This document shows positions 31,972 to 44,065 of a stretch of DNA of 64,000 nucleotides, one piece after another. Under the pieces are notes generated by a model. It saw only the letters and a program-made list of their open reading frames with translations. It was not told the DNA's origin and did no database searches. Source of the DNA: an uncultured Planctomycetia bacterium. Lineage in GTDB: Bacteria; Planctomycetota; Planctomycetia; Pirellulales; S012-138. The first letter of the stretch is position 1; each line of letters begins with the position of its first letter. A program made the position numbers and the translations under genes. The DNA is taken from positions 849,748 through 913,747 of the forward strand of contig CAWEKV010000002.1 of the NCBI GenBank assembly GCA_963809785.1, written 5' to 3'.

Positions 31972-34900
31972 ATGGGGAAATCGTCGCACCCTCGAGACGA
32001 TCGTCGTCCTGGCGACCATCGTCAGCCTACTCACCGCAAACCGGCGATGGAGTTGTCGCCGCAGCGGGCCGATGACTATCGCGCCCAGGTCACCCCCGAC
32101 ACCTGGCGTTATGCCGCCCAAGGCCCACTGGCCGGCAAGGTGAAGCCGCACGTGCTGCGGCTCGGCCGGCGCGACGCCCGCCGCGAGCGTCACGGAGCCG
32201 GGGGGCGATTCAAGCCGCTCCTGCTGCTGGTGGTCTTCCTGACAGTCGGCGCTTCAGTTGCCTGGCACCTGCATCGAGCCGAGCTGGACGGCGTACGCGA
32301 GCATCGCTCGTCGCTCGTGCCGGGTGCTCGAGCGCCGCTCGATGCCCCCGGAGCAGTGCCGGGCGACAATGCCGACCTGCCGCCGCCGATCGTGCCGTCG
32401 GAGCTTGGCTCGTCTCCTTGGCAGGGCGAGGTCCCTGCACGGCCCGCGCCGGAAGGGGCCGCGCCGGAAGGGGCCGCGCCGGAAGGGGCCGCGCCGGAAG
32501 TACCCGAACCGTGGGCCGCCGTGTTGGCAGCCACCGGCGAGCCGCCGCCGTTCGAGGCCGTTTGCTTCGATGACTCTCCCCTCGAGCAGCGTGCATTCAA
32601 GCTCGCGGAGGCAAGACGCTGGCTCGCCGCGATCGTCGGCCAAGGGCTGCGCGAGAACTCCGATCCGCGGCAGGGCACGATGATGGAAGGGCTTTCGAAG
32701 CTGCGTGCCCCCTGGCCGGCGGGCACTGCGCTGCGGCTGAGCCTGACTCCCGCCCAGGGCTTCCGCGTCCGTATCTCCGCGGGCGAGGCGGCGGTGACGC
32801 TCGACTATACCCAGCAACCGAGGCCGGCATGGGCGGCTTACGCAGCGTCAGGCAAGCTCCGTGTGCCGTCTGACGGCACACGGAATGTGCCTGCTACTTT
32901 GGCCCTTATCGGCTCGGATAACGACCGTTATGCCCGCACTGGCGGCGGCCCGATCACGCTGCACTACCACGATGGCCAGTTGGTGATGACGCGGGGCGAC
33001 GTGCAGCTGCTTTCCGCGCCGCTGCCGGCCCAGCCGAGCGAAGTACATTTCGAAGGCTCCGCCGTGTGGCGCGGGATCGCGCTGGTGCGCTGCGGCCCGC
33101 CGCCGCTCGAGGATGAGCCGCGCCCGGTGGTGCTGCGCTCCGACAAGCCGGCCAGGCTACCTTGGCGATTCAATCCGCTCCGCGGCGCCAGGCTGCAGAA
33201 GAGCGACGACGGGCCGGTGCGGCTGGTCGCGCAGCGCACCGCCAGCGACGCCCTGGCGACGTTCCGCGTAACCGAGCCGGGCTTGCACGAAATCGTGATG
33301 CAGGTCGCCGAAGCGCAGCCGGGCACCGGGATCTTCTTGGGCGACAAAGACGGCAAGCCGATCCATCGCCTGGGCTTCCTGCGAGAGCGGCCCGGCGGAC
33401 GGCTGACGGCCGAGTATTCGCCGCCCGGTGAGCGCCGCGAGGCGGCCGATTATGCCACTCACGCCCAGCCGCCGCTGGTGCGCGGCGGTCAGTGGTTCCG
33501 CCTGGTGCTGGGGCTGGGCACGTTCAAGGCCTGGACGAGCGCTGACGGCCGGCATTGGGCACGCCTTCAATCGCCGCCGCGCGGCACGCCGCTGGGCTAC
33601 GGCACGATCGGGATCTATTGCCTGCCGGGCGAGGCCGAGCGGGCGATCTCGCTGACGCATCTGGAGATTCGCGAGCTGTCGGCGCTCACGTCGTTGGCTT
33701 CGGCCGATGCCCGCGAGCGGGCCGTCACGCTGGAGCACGTTTCAGACATGGCTTCGTGGCTGCAAGCCGTGGCTGAGCGTCAGCCGAGCGGCGGGGATGC
33801 CAAAGACGGGAAAGCCAAAGACGGGAAAGCCAAAGACATTGCGTCCGACGATTGGCGGAGGGCGTGCGCGCTGCGGACGTTGGCCGGCTCGCCGCCGCGC
33901 GAGCTGGCCGTAGCGCTTCTGGAAGGACTGGTGCGCGAAGCCATCGCCCAAGGAGACCCCGTGGCGGCGGTCCTTGCGGCCGGAGATGGCAACCACGAAG
34001 CGCGCCCGGGGCTCGACACGTCGGGCTTACGCCTCGACGCTCGCCGAGGAGCAGCCGCTGATTCGCGGCTTGCCGTCCTCGAGGAGGCCGGCCTGCTGTC
34101 TGACACTTGGGACAGCGCCGGGGCGGCGCGATTGCTGGCTTGTTACGACCGGCTCGGCGAGGCGTTCGTGCGAGAGGGCCGCCCCGGACGGTCCGCGCTG
34201 CTCGCCTCGGCGCTGGCCGGCAGTGAAATCTGGACCGCCGAGACTTCGCGGCCCGGCGATATCCTCCGCGGCCCCTGCGCCAAGAGCGAGCTGCTGGAGC
34301 GCGTGGAGGGTGGCCACTGGGCGGCGGTGCAGGAGCTGACGGCGCAGCTCGACTATTGGCGTTGGCCTGGCGATGCCACCCAACGCAGTCTCTGGCAACC
34401 GCGAGAATTGACCCCCTGGATCGAGTGGGGCGGCTATCTTGCCTCCCGGATGGGCGGCGTAAAGACCGCCCCACCGCGAGGCGAGGACGGCGCAGTGCCG
34501 CGCGGGCCGCGCATCGGCCGCCGGCCCAGGCCGATCTCGGAGGACGAAAGGCGCGAGATCGAACGCCGCAATGCGTCGCGGCATCCGCTCATCGAAGAGA
34601 TCAGTAAGGACGGCTTCAACCTGATCGCCGAGTTCGAGGCCTCCCTGGCGGGCGAAGCCTACGAAGACGCCTGCCAGACCGCCATGACCGCCGATCCGCA
34701 AGCGGCCCTGGGCTTGCTCCCCTGGGCCAAAGACTCGCAGCTCTCGCTGACCTTTCCCACGGCCGTGGCCGTGGCGATGCAGACGCATCCCGGCCTCCGG
34801 GAGACGATGCTGGAGCGGTTCGCCGCGCCGGGCGTCGTGCGTCTGCGGCAAGCCAAGCTGGCCGGCGACGTGGCGGCCGTGCGGGCCACCACGGTGCACC

Positions 34901-36993
34901 TCGTCGGCACGCAGGCGGCCGCTGAGGCACACCAATTCCTGGGTGACCAGGCACTGGCCGCCGGTGACTTCGACACCGCCTCCAGGCACTATGCCGTGGC
35001 GCTGCGCGATGCCCCTGCCGATGCTCGCCGGCTGATTGGCGCGATGCTTCGCCTGGCCGGCGCGATGGCCGGCCGCGACGTAGGCCAGAAGCCCAGCGAG
35101 CCGATCGACTTTGGCGGCACGCGGCTTTCGTCCGACGAATTCGAGCAGCTCGTCCGCGACCACTTGAGCCGGCGCGGACAGGGAGGCGGCGGCGGGGTCA
35201 TCGCCGCCTTCGAAGGGCGAGCCGCGCTGAGCATCCCACCATCAACGCGCTTCGACCTGCGCCCCTTCTTCGATTGGCAGATGCGCGGCCGCGATCCCCA
35301 TAGCCCCGCCGCCATCGACGCGACCGCCAGGCAGTTCGCCGTGGCCTTCGACGCGGCCACGATGTACGTGCAGGAGCGCGATCAGATCAGGGCCTTGAAC
35401 CTCGCGGGCGGCAAAGAGCGGTGGGCATCGCTGCGCGACGGCGGCTTTCATCCGCAGTGGTGCGGGGTGGCGTTCCGGCCGTGCCTTGCCGGCGGCCGCG
35501 TGTACCTGCGGCAGTCCGAACAGGACGGCGGCAAGGTCCTCTGCTTCAACGCCGCCGACGGCAGTCTCAAGTGGCCGGAGCGCCGGCTGGCCTCGCGAAC
35601 CGAGGACGGCCAACTGGTCTCCGATCCGCTGGTGATCGGGGAGGGCCTGTATGTCTTCACCGTGGTTGACGAGCCGGACAACACGCCGGGGGCGAATTCG
35701 CAAACGCTGGACCTGCGGCTGGTCGTGCTGGACGCGGCCACGGGCCAAACGCGGCGGCGGCACTCGGTCGCCCGTCTGCGATCGCGCGAGTCCTGGGGGC
35801 GGCCGCCGCGGCTGGTGTGCCTGGCCGTCGCCGCCCAGGACCAGATCGTGGCCACCGTCGGCGGCTGCGTGCTGTGCTGCGACACGAGCGGGCAGGCCCG
35901 CTGGGTCCGCAAACAGACGCTCTTGCCGCACACGCTGCCGGAGATCGCGGCCTCGTCCCTGGCCCAGCCGCAGGAGCCGCCGCTGGTCGTCGGCGACCGG
36001 GTGTACGTGACGCAGCGCGACGTGCGGACGGTGCAGTGCCTGGACCTTGGCACCGGTCGCCTGCACTGGCGACACGTATCGCCCGACGTGCGGCGCGTGG
36101 CCGGAGTATCCGGCGAGACGGCCGCCATCGAAACGGCCGACGGCTTCGTCGGCCTGAACGCCGCCACCGGCGACGTGCTCTGGCATCGCGACGTGGAGCA
36201 CGTGCTCGAGGCGCGGCTGTGCGGCGCGGCCGACGGCGCGGCGGGGGAACTCATCTATGCCCGGCGAGATGCGATCTTCGGCGGCCAGTCGCGGCCCAGC
36301 CTGGTGTGGCTCGACCTGCGGTCCGGGCGCGACGTGGCGGTGCTTCCCTTGCCGGAGCTGGCAGGGCGAGAAGCGGTCTTGGGGCCGCTCGTCGTCCAAG
36401 GCAACCGCACTTGGTTGTTCTCGGGCGAGCACACCCAGGATACGAAGCGGCGGATCTGGGAGCTGGTGCCGCGCGGCCCGCGTTTCGCCATGACGAACGA
36501 CGAAGAGGCGCTGCGCTTCTACCTGCCCGACTCGCCGTCGGCTGCCGACCGTGGCCTGCGCGGCGACGTCGCGACGGCCATTGGTTGGACGCTGCTGGCC
36601 TCATCCGGCGATCAGCGGACTCTCTGGCAGACGAAATGGCAGAACGAGCCGGACGTGGCCCTGACGCTGGCCATGCCGGGCCGGCCGGTGCGGCTGTTGC
36701 GGCAAGTTGCCGTGCCAGGCAAGGGGCCGGCGAAGCTGGCGATTCAGGTCGGCCACGAGCCGGGCGAACGCTGGGAGTTGGAGATCGCGGCGGCCGGCAA
36801 GTCGCTGCTCCGCTGCGAAGTCTCGCCCAAGACCGCCAGCGGAGGCTGGCTGCGGCGCGAGATCGACCTCGCGGCGCTGGCCGGACAGACCGTCTGGCTT
36901 TCGGCCACTGCCGGGGCACTCGACGGAAAGCCGGCGCATCCCGCGTGGCGCAAAATGGAGCCGCCCGGCGAGCGGGGGGCGTCAGCCCTCTGA
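31972..36993 (+). CDS. Giant membrane-anchored protein with lectin-like N-terminal region, TPR-like helices and PQQ/BamB-like beta-propeller (start may be 32048)
   Basis: Uninterrupted 1673-aa ORF with a TM helix near residue 80-100 and propeller repeats (CFNAADGSLKW, LDAATGQ, CLDLGTGRLHW, LNAATGDVLW). Internal 15-bp tandem repeats encode APEGA x3 and AKDGK x2-3. Confidence 0.85.
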   Translation: MGKSSHPRDDRRPGDHRQPTHRKPAMELSPQRADDYRAQVTPDTWRYAAQGPLAGKVKPHVLRLGRRDARRERHGAGGRFKPLLLLVVFLTVGASVAWHLHRAELDGVREHRSSLVPGARAPLDAPGAVPGDNADLPPPIVPSELGSSPWQGEVPARPAPEGAAPEGAAPEGAAPEVPEPWAAVLAATGEPPPFEAVCFDDSPLEQRAFKLAEARRWLAAIVGQGLRENSDPRQGTMMEGLSKLRAPWPAGTALRLSLTPAQGFRVRISAGEAAVTLDYTQQPRPAWAAYAASGKLRVPSDGTRNVPATLALIGSDNDRYARTGGGPITLHYHDGQLVMTRGDVQLLSAPLPAQPSEVHFEGSAVWRGIALVRCGPPPLEDEPRPVVLRSDKPARLPWRFNPLRGARLQKSDDGPVRLVAQRTASDALATFRVTEPGLHEIVMQVAEAQPGTGIFLGDKDGKPIHRLGFLRERPGGRLTAEYSPPGERREAADYATHAQPPLVRGGQWFRLVLGLGTFKAWTSADGRHWARLQSPPRGTPLGYGTIGIYCLPGEAERAISLTHLEIRELSALTSLASADARERAVTLEHVSDMASWLQAVAERQPSGGDAKDGKAKDGKAKDIASDDWRRACALRTLAGSPPRELAVALLEGLVREAIAQGDPVAAVLAAGDGNHEARPGLDTSGLRLDARRGAAADSRLAVLEEAGLLSDTWDSAGAARLLACYDRLGEAFVREGRPGRSALLASALAGSEIWTAETSRPGDILRGPCAKSELLERVEGGHWAAVQELTAQLDYWRWPGDATQRSLWQPRELTPWIEWGGYLASRMGGVKTAPPRGEDGAVPRGPRIGRRPRPISEDERREIERRNASRHPLIEEISKDGFNLIAEFEASLAGEAYEDACQTAMTADPQAALGLLPWAKDSQLSLTFPTAVAVAMQTHPGLRETMLERFAAPGVVRLRQAKLAGDVAAVRATTVHLVGTQAAAEAHQFLGDQALAAGDFDTASRHYAVALRDAPADARRLIGAMLRLAGAMAGRDVGQKPSEPIDFGGTRLSSDEFEQLVRDHLSRRGQGGGGGVIAAFEGRAALSIPPSTRFDLRPFFDWQMRGRDPHSPAAIDATARQFAVAFDAATMYVQERDQIRALNLAGGKERWASLRDGGFHPQWCGVAFRPCLAGGRVYLRQSEQDGGKVLCFNAADGSLKWPERRLASRTEDGQLVSDPLVIGEGLYVFTVVDEPDNTPGANSQTLDLRLVVLDAATGQTRRRHSVARLRSRESWGRPPRLVCLAVAAQDQIVATVGGCVLCCDTSGQARWVRKQTLLPHTLPEIAASSLAQPQEPPLVVGDRVYVTQRDVRTVQCLDLGTGRLHWRHVSPDVRRVAGVSGETAAIETADGFVGLNAATGDVLWHRDVEHVLEARLCGAADGAAGELIYARRDAIFGGQSRPSLVWLDLRSGRDVAVLPLPELAGREAVLGPLVVQGNRTWLFSGEHTQDTKRRIWELVPRGPRFAMTNDEEALRFYLPDSPSAADRGLRGDVATAIGWTLLASSGDQRTLWQTKWQNEPDVALTLAMPGRPVRLLRQVAVPGKGPAKLAIQVGHEPGERWELEIAAAGKSLLRCEVSPKTASGGWLRREIDLAALAGQTVWLSATAGALDGKPAHPAWRKMEPPGERGASAL

Positions 36994-36998
36994 TAACA

Positions 36999-37076
36999 AT
37001 TTGCATTTGCATTTTGCATTCGTCGCTCACTACGGACTCCGTGGATTGCAAAATGCAAAGTGCAAAATGCAAAATG
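36999..37076. repeat. Inverted arrays of TGCAAAA heptamers
   Basis: tttgcatttgcattttgcatt ... tgcaaaatgcaaagtgcaaaatgcaaaatg. Preceded by a family B REP arm (36967-36993) that encodes the end of the upstream gene. Confidence 0.85.
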
Positions 37077-37244
37077 AACGCATCAATGGAGGACGACGAA
37101 CATTTGCGAGCTAAGCCACTCCCACGTAACCCGCCTCTTGTAATCGACAACCTCATGCGCCAGGATGTAAGTCGTCCCACCCCACCGGCCAGTGGACTCG
37201 CACGGCTGCCCCACACTCTTCTCACCGCTTCTCGAAAGGCCGCC

Positions 37245-38381
37245 ATGCGACATCGCTTGATCTGCGGAATCGTCGTGGTGGCGCTGGTGCTCGCCGGAGC
37301 AGCGGGCGAAACGGCGCGGGCTGAGGGGGATTGGGAAATCACGCCGCAAAGCCAGCAGGCCCTGGAGCGCGGGCTCGATTGGCTCGCCCGCAATCAGGGG
37401 GCCGACGGCAATTGGGAATCCAACGACCTGGGCCTGGTGAGCATGGGGGCTCTGGCGTTCCTCTCGGCCGGCCACACGCCCGGCCGCGGCAAGTACGGCG
37501 AGGTGGTCGATAAGGCCCTCGATTACGTGCTCCGCAACGCGCGAGCCCATCGGGCTGTTGAACATCGCCGGCCAGCAGCGCGACATGTACAACCACGGGC
37601 TGGCGACGTTCGTGCTGGGCCAGGCCCACGGCATGACGGGCGACCCGCGGATCAGCCCGGTGCTCGATAAGGCGCTGAAGCTGATCGCCAACACGCAGTG
37701 CGAGGACGGCGGCTGGGACTATCAAGCCCGGCGGCAAGCCAACGGCCACGACCTGAGCCTGGCGGTGATGCAGGCCAAGGCGCTGCGCAGCGCGGTCGAT
37801 AGCGGGCTCGAAGTGCCGCCGGAGGTGATCGAGCTGGCGATCAAGAGCGTCCGCGACTATTACCGCGCCGACCGCGGCGGCAGCACCGAACGATGCAGCA
37901 GAAGCAGCAGCCCGGCCAGTTCACCTACAACGGCAGCGGCGGCACGATCGCCATGGCCGCCGGCGGGCGTCGTCTGCATGCAGGAGTTCGGCCAGTACGA
38001 CGACTGGCGGATCGCCAAGAACATGGAGGTGATCACCGAGGCCATTCGCCGCATGAAGGACCATCGCCGCAGCGCGACGGGCAGATGCCGTTCGATGCCT
38101 ACACGCTGTACTACGTCGGCCAGGCCCTGTACCAGGTCGGCGGCGACCCGTGGCGCGACACGTATCCGATCCTCCGCGACGCGGTGGTGGCCGGCCAGCT
38201 GCGCGAAGGCGGCCGCGACAGCGACGGCATGTGGCGCGACGTCGGCCACGTCGGCGGCAGGCCCGGCGAGCTGTACGGCACCGTCGTCGGCTGCTTCATC
38301 CTGGCCATGCCCAACCGTTACCTGCCGATCCTGCAAGAGGGAAAGATCGAGAGCATCCAGAAGGCAGTGGGTGGGAAATGA
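37245..38381 (+). CDS. Prenyltransferase/squalene oxidase repeat (QW-repeat) secreted protein (frameshifted)
   Basis: Signal peptide; LDWLARNQGADGNW, MYNHGLATFVL, IANTQCEDGGWDY, YYVGQALYQVGG and P.RYLPILQ. Confidence 0.88.
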
Positions 38382-38393
38382 CGGCGGTTGGCA

Positions 38394-38536
38394 AATGACG
38401 AATGTCTAAGCACGAATGACGAAGGAATGACGAATGTCGAATGACGGAATGACGAAGCACGCCTACGAGACATCGTGCACTTTCGTCATTCGTGCTTCGT
38501 GCTTCCTTCGTCATTCGAGCTTCGTCATTCGTCATT
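38394..38536. repeat. Inverted arrays of AATGACG heptamers
   Basis: Left arm 38394-38460, right arm 38482-38536. Confidence 0.9.
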
Positions 38537-38571
38537 CCCTTATCATTCAGGAATCGTGTAACTCATCCTGA

Positions 38572-41340
38572 ATGCTCCAACTCGTCGCCATCGGGTTTGC
38601 CATCGCCGGAGCGGCGGCGGCCCTAGGTCCGATCGTCATCCACCTGCTCAATCGGCGGCGCTATCGCACGCTCGATTGGGCGGCGATGGATTTTCTCCGC
38701 GAGGCACTGCAGCGGTCCCGCCGCATCCTCCAGTGGCGCGATATGCTGCTTCTGGCCCTGCGCGTGCTGTGCATGCTGCTCTTCGGCTTGGCGCTGGCGC
38801 AGCCGTATTTCGCCGGGCTGAAGCCGCGCGGCGGTCCGTTACGGCCTGGTCGGGGCAGCGATCCTGGCCGGTCTGGGCCTGGCCATCTGGGCCGTCGTCT
38901 CGCACCGTCGCTGGACACAGGGCGCTCGTGGGCGTCTGGCGCTGGCCGCCTGGGCTACGCGCGCGTGGGGCGTGTACGACATCCGCCGCTACGAGGCCGC
39001 TCTGGCCGGTGAGGCCGGCGGAGGCCGGCAGCCGGTCCACGCCGTGCTGGTGATCGACAACAGCCTGAGCATGGGCTACGACCACGCTCAACCGCACGCT
39101 GCTCGATGATGCCGAAGGCCAAGGCCGCCGCGTTCATCGACGAGCTGCCGCCGGGCAGCCGCGTCTCGATCCAGCCGGTCTGCGGGCCGCGGTCGGAGTT
39201 CAGCCTGGAGCCGTTTCGCACCAAGGAAGACGCCCGCGACGAGCTGAATTATATCCGCGTGGTCGATCGCCGCGCGGGACTGTCGGCCGCGGTTGGCCTG
39301 GCGCTTGAAGCCCTGAAGAAGGCCCCCGACGTGCCCCTGAAGCGAGTCGCCTTCATCGGCGATCAGCAGCTCGCCGATTGGCCCAAGGGCGTGCTGGATG
39401 CGGCCAAGGAATTGCCCGAGCTGCAGGTCGTGCAGGTCACGGCCGACGACATGGACAATGCCTGGGTCGAGGAGGTGAAGGTTCGCGACGGGCTGGCCGA
39501 CGTGGAGCTGCCCTCGACGATCATCGCCACGCTGCGTTTTGAAGGGCCGCAGCACCGCGGCGGCGTGCAGGTCTCACTGGAAGTCGATGGCGTGCAAGTC
39601 GCCACGAAGTCGGTCGATCTGGAGCCCAAGCAGGCACTCGAGGTGCCCTTCACGCACAAATTCGATGTCTCGGTCGAGCCGGGCGTGCCGGCTTTTTCGC
39701 GAGTCAAGGTCTCGCTGCCTCAGGACCGGCTGCCCCAGGACGACCAGCGGTATCTAATCGTGCCGGTCGTGGCGGCGCTGCCGGTGGTGTTCGTCGATCA
39801 ATACGGCCGGCAGGGCGAAGACTTCAACCGGGGCTGGTTCGGCGAAACGCTCAACCTGCGGCGGCTCTTGGCCCCCGTGCTCTCGCGTGAGGAGCGCGGC
39901 AAGCAGCTCGTGCGCATCCGTCATACGACGATCGACCGCCTCTGCCGCAGCCTGCCGCCAGGTGACGAGACGCCCGCCGATGAGCCAGGGCAGCAAGTCC
40001 CGCTGGACGACGCGCGCCTGGTCGTGATCGCCGGCGTCGAGCAGCCCGACGTGGAGGCCGTGCGACTGCTGCGCGAATATGTGCAGCAAGGCGGCCAAGT
40101 GTTGATCGCCGCCGGAAACCAGTTCGACGCCGAGGCCTGGAACCGCGCGGCCTGGCTCGATGGGGCGGGCATCCTCCCCGTGCCGCTCACCGGCCAGACG
40201 GTCGGCAGCTTGCCAGGCGACGCGACGGGCGAGCTGAAGCCGTTTGGCCTCGACTTTCAATCGCTGAAGGACGACAGCCTGTTCCACATCGAGAGCGAGG
40301 CCGCCCAGCGACTGGAGGATCTCTACCGCGACCCGGCGCTCCTCTTCTTCAAGGCGGTGGCGGCCGATGCGGCCGATGAGACGCTGGACGCGATCGTCGC
40401 CGACGAGGCCAATCGATTCTCCGCGGAGCGGGAGTTCTTGAAAGAAGAGTCGCAGCGCGCCAGCGCGAGGTGCAGGGCCTGCTTAAGGAAGATGAGCTGG
40501 CGCGGCGGGATGAAGACCTGCCGCCGCTTGGCCGAGCTGCGGCCGCAGTGGCTGCTGTGGCGTGGGGAGGAAGACGATGCCGGCGCGGGTCCCACTGGCT
40601 CCGCCAGTGCTGCCGACGCGGCTCGATCCACCCGGCCGCACGTGCACGCCCGCTACAGCAATCAACTGCCGTTCCTGGTCACCCGGCGGATCGGCCAGGG
40701 CCGCGTGGCGCTGGTGACGACGGGCGTCTTCTTCGGCGCCGACGGCAACGGCTGGAACACGATGACCAAGACCGACGCCCTGGTGGTCTACACCCGGCTG
40801 CTGCGGTCGCTGATCGAGAACACGCTGCCGCCGCGGAACCTGGCGACCGAGAAGGACGAGTTCGCCCTGCCGGTGGCCGCCGCCTACCGCCGGGCGCGGA
40901 TCGGCCTCGACGCGGCCCGATGGCAAGGAGGAGGCCCTGGCGGTCGAGGCCCTCGGCAGCGAGCGCTACGGCGTCACGGTCCGCAATGCCGTGGAGCGCG
41001 GCACCTATCAGATCACTGCCCGGCGCGGCGAAGAGGCCGAAGGTCCGGCCGTGCCGGATGCCAAGCTGTGGGAAGTGCCGCTGGCCGTGAACGGGCCGGC
41101 CGAGGAGTCAGACCTTGCTCCTTTGTCGCTCGTCGAGTTCCAGAAGCGCCTGGCCGAGACCGACGCGGTGATCGCCGCCAAGGTCCGCTGGATCGGCGGC
41201 AGCGAGCCGATCCAGTTAGAAGGCGCCGCTCGTAGCGGGCAAGACCTTTGGTGGCGGGCGTTCGTGGTTGCGGTGCTCGGTTGCCTCGTTTTGGAACTGC
41301 TGATCCTGGCGTGGCCCGCGCTCCGCAGAGGCACCACCGC
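38572..41340 (+). CDS. BatA N-terminal domain + vWA + GATase-like membrane protein (frameshifted; no stop seen, may be fused to the next gene)
   Basis: PIVIHLLNRRRYRTLDWAAMDFL...LLLALR...ALAQP (BatA), MIDAS VIDNSLSM, LREYVQQGG and AVN..AEESDL, then a TM helix. Confidence 0.85.
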
Positions 41341-41443
41341 TCCGGCCCCAACGTCCAACGTCCAACGTCCAACGTCCAACGTTGAACGAAAAGACGGTTC
41401 GACGTTGGACGTTCAACCACATCCCGCACGCTTTCTTGGCACG

Positions 41444-43986
41444 TTGATCTCGAGCGCCCTGTACCTGGCCGTCATCGCCGGCCTGGGCCTTGTGCTCTCC
41501 TGGCTCACGGGCCTCGACAAGTGGCTCTCGCTCGATTGGCTCAGCCACGTGCGCCTGTCGGCCGATTGGGTCGGCGGAAAGTCGGGCCAGATTTGGCTCG
41601 TGGGCGGCTGCGCGGCGATTGTCGTCGGCACCTGGCTCTTCTATGCCCGCGCTCAGCGCGCGGCTCGGCGCGGATGCGCGGCATGCTGGCCTTGTCACGG
41701 GCCGCGGTGCTGTGCCTGCTCGTGCTGCTGTTGGCCGAGCCGCTCTTGGTGCGGCGCTTCACCCAGCAGAAGCGGCCGCAGCTCTGGCTCCTGGTCGATG
41801 GCACCGACAGCATGGGCATCCGCGACGAGTGGAGCGACGCCGAGCGGAATCGCCTGGTACAGGCGGTCGGCTCGACCGACGCCCTGGCTCAGGCCGTGGC
41901 GGGTGCCTCCAGCTCGGCCAACGACACACCACGCGCTACGACGGTCGGCAAGTCGTCTGCAGCGCCGCACTATCCGCGGTCGGCCTACGTCCAGGCCCTG
42001 CTCGCCAAGGCCGACCAGAACCTGCTCACGTCGCTGTCGGAGAAGTTCCGCCTCAAGCTGTTCGTGTTCGATGAGAGCGTGCGCGAGCTGACCGAGTTCG
42101 ACCAGTGGGTCGGCAACACCGCCCGCGCGGCGCAAGACCTGACGACCGCCGGCCAATACACGGCCCTGGGCACGGCGATGACCGATCTGGGCCGCCGGCA
42201 GGCAACCAGCAGCCTCGCCGGTCTGGTGGTCATCAGTGACTTTGGCCAGAACGCCGGTTCGTCGGCTGACCTGGCGGCCGCCCGGTTGGGTGTGCCGGTC
42301 TACGCCGTGGGCGTGGGCCGCCCGGCCGCCAAGGACCTGCGAGTGCGGCTCGATACGCCCATGTGGATGACCAAGAACGAGCGCGACGAAGTGCTCGTGA
42401 CCGTCGAGCAGGAGGGAGTCGAGGAGAAGAGCGTCCATGTCAGGGTGACGGCCCGCCGCGTCGATAACACCGCCGATCCGGCTACCGCCGAAGCGAAGCT
42501 GGTCGGCCAGAAGACGGTCGATCTGACCGGCTCGGTCGTCACGGTGCCCTTCCCCTATACGCCGGAAGAGACCGGGCATTTTGTTTTCTCGGCCGAGGTC
42601 GATCCGCTGCCGGGCGAGATCGTCGATCAGAACAACAAGGCCGACCGCGAGGTCTCGGTCCGCGACGACTTCATGCGGCTGATGTACGTCGAGTACGAGC
42701 CGACCTGGGAATGGCGGTTCATCAAGGAGGTTTTCCACCGCGACAAGCTGGTCGGCATGCGCGGCTTCCGCACGTTCCTCCGCTCGTCCGATCCCAAGGT
42801 GCGGCAGCAGAACGAGCTGTTCCTGCCGACGCTGACTCCCAAGCGGAGCGACTTTTTCGCCAACGACGTGATCTTTCTGGGCGATATGCCCGGCTCGACG
42901 CTCAGCCCGCGGTTCTGCGAGCTGACGAAGGAATTCGTCGGCCGCTTCGGCGGCGGGCTGGTGGTGATCTCCGGCCCGCGCTTCGGCCCCGGGCAGCTGG
43001 CCGGCACGCCGCTGGCGGACATGCTGCCGGTGGTGGTCGATCCCGACCTGCGGCCGCGCGATCAGAGAGAGTTCACGCCCCGCTTCAGCTCCGAGGCCAG
43101 CGGCTATCCCTTCATGCGGCTGGGGGCCGGCGCGGAAGAGAACGACAAGGCCTGGAAGAACCTCCAGCGGCTCCCCTGGTATCAGCCCGTGGTCCGCGCC
43201 AGCGACCGGGCCACGGTGCTGGCCGTGCATCCCGAAGACCGCTGCGCCAACGGCCAGCCGCAGCCGCTCATCGCCGTGCGGCAATACGGCGACGGCCTGG
43301 TCGTGTACCTGGGCTTCAATGAGACCTGGCGTCTGCGTCGCATGTACGGCGAGAAGTATTACCGCCAGTTCTGGGGCCAGATGATCCACCAGTTGGCTTC
43401 GCGGCGCGCCCTGGGGACGCAGAAGCGGTTCGTCGCCCGCACCGACCGCCAAGAGTATCGCGTCGATGAAAAAGTCGTGCTCAGCGTCGAAGCCTATGAC
43501 GCCGAATACAACCCGCTGCCTGACGACAAGCTCGACAACGGCAAACTGGCAGCGGAAGTGATGCTGCCCGAGCGGACCGCCACCGGCGAGTCGCGGCTGC
43601 TGCCGGTCCAGCTCACGCGCCGGCGCGAGGCGCAGTTCGAGACCAAGCTCTCGGCCGACGCGCCGGGCGAGTACCGCGTGCGGATCAAAGACCCGGTGAC
43701 GGGCCGCTATGCCGAGACGAAGTTCGTCGTCCGCGACGTTTCGGCCGAGCGCCGTGTGGCGGTGCGTAACGTCGCGCTGCAAAAGGCCGTGGCCGCGGCC
43801 GTGCCCGGCGGCAAGACCTACGAGTTGGACGAAGCGGTGCGCCTGCTGGACGACGTGCAACTGCCACAGCAGATGGAGACGCAGATCGAAGTCCGGCCGC
43901 TGTGGAGCACGTGGTTGTGCTTTGCGCTGGTGGTGATGCTGCTGTTGGGCGAGTGGTTGATGCGGAAGATAGTGACCCTGCCGTGA
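41444..43986 (+). CDS. vWA + Ig-like + glutamine amidotransferase-like membrane protein (start uncertain)
   Basis: LLVDGTDSM (MIDAS-like), VVISDFGQN, PTWEWRF, DVIFLGD, GGGLVVISGP, ETWRLR...YYRQFWGQ; C-terminal EWLMRK. Confidence 0.85.
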
Positions 43987-44065
43987 GAGGACAAACCCCT
44001 TGTTGCCGCGCTCTGCATGGACACAAGCCTTGCCGCTCCGTGGCACGTGACACAAGCCAATGATT

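Noticed and set aside
37245..38381. Squalene-hopene cyclase
   Set aside because: Only ~380 aa, exported, with QW-like repeats but no DxDD catalytic motif seen.
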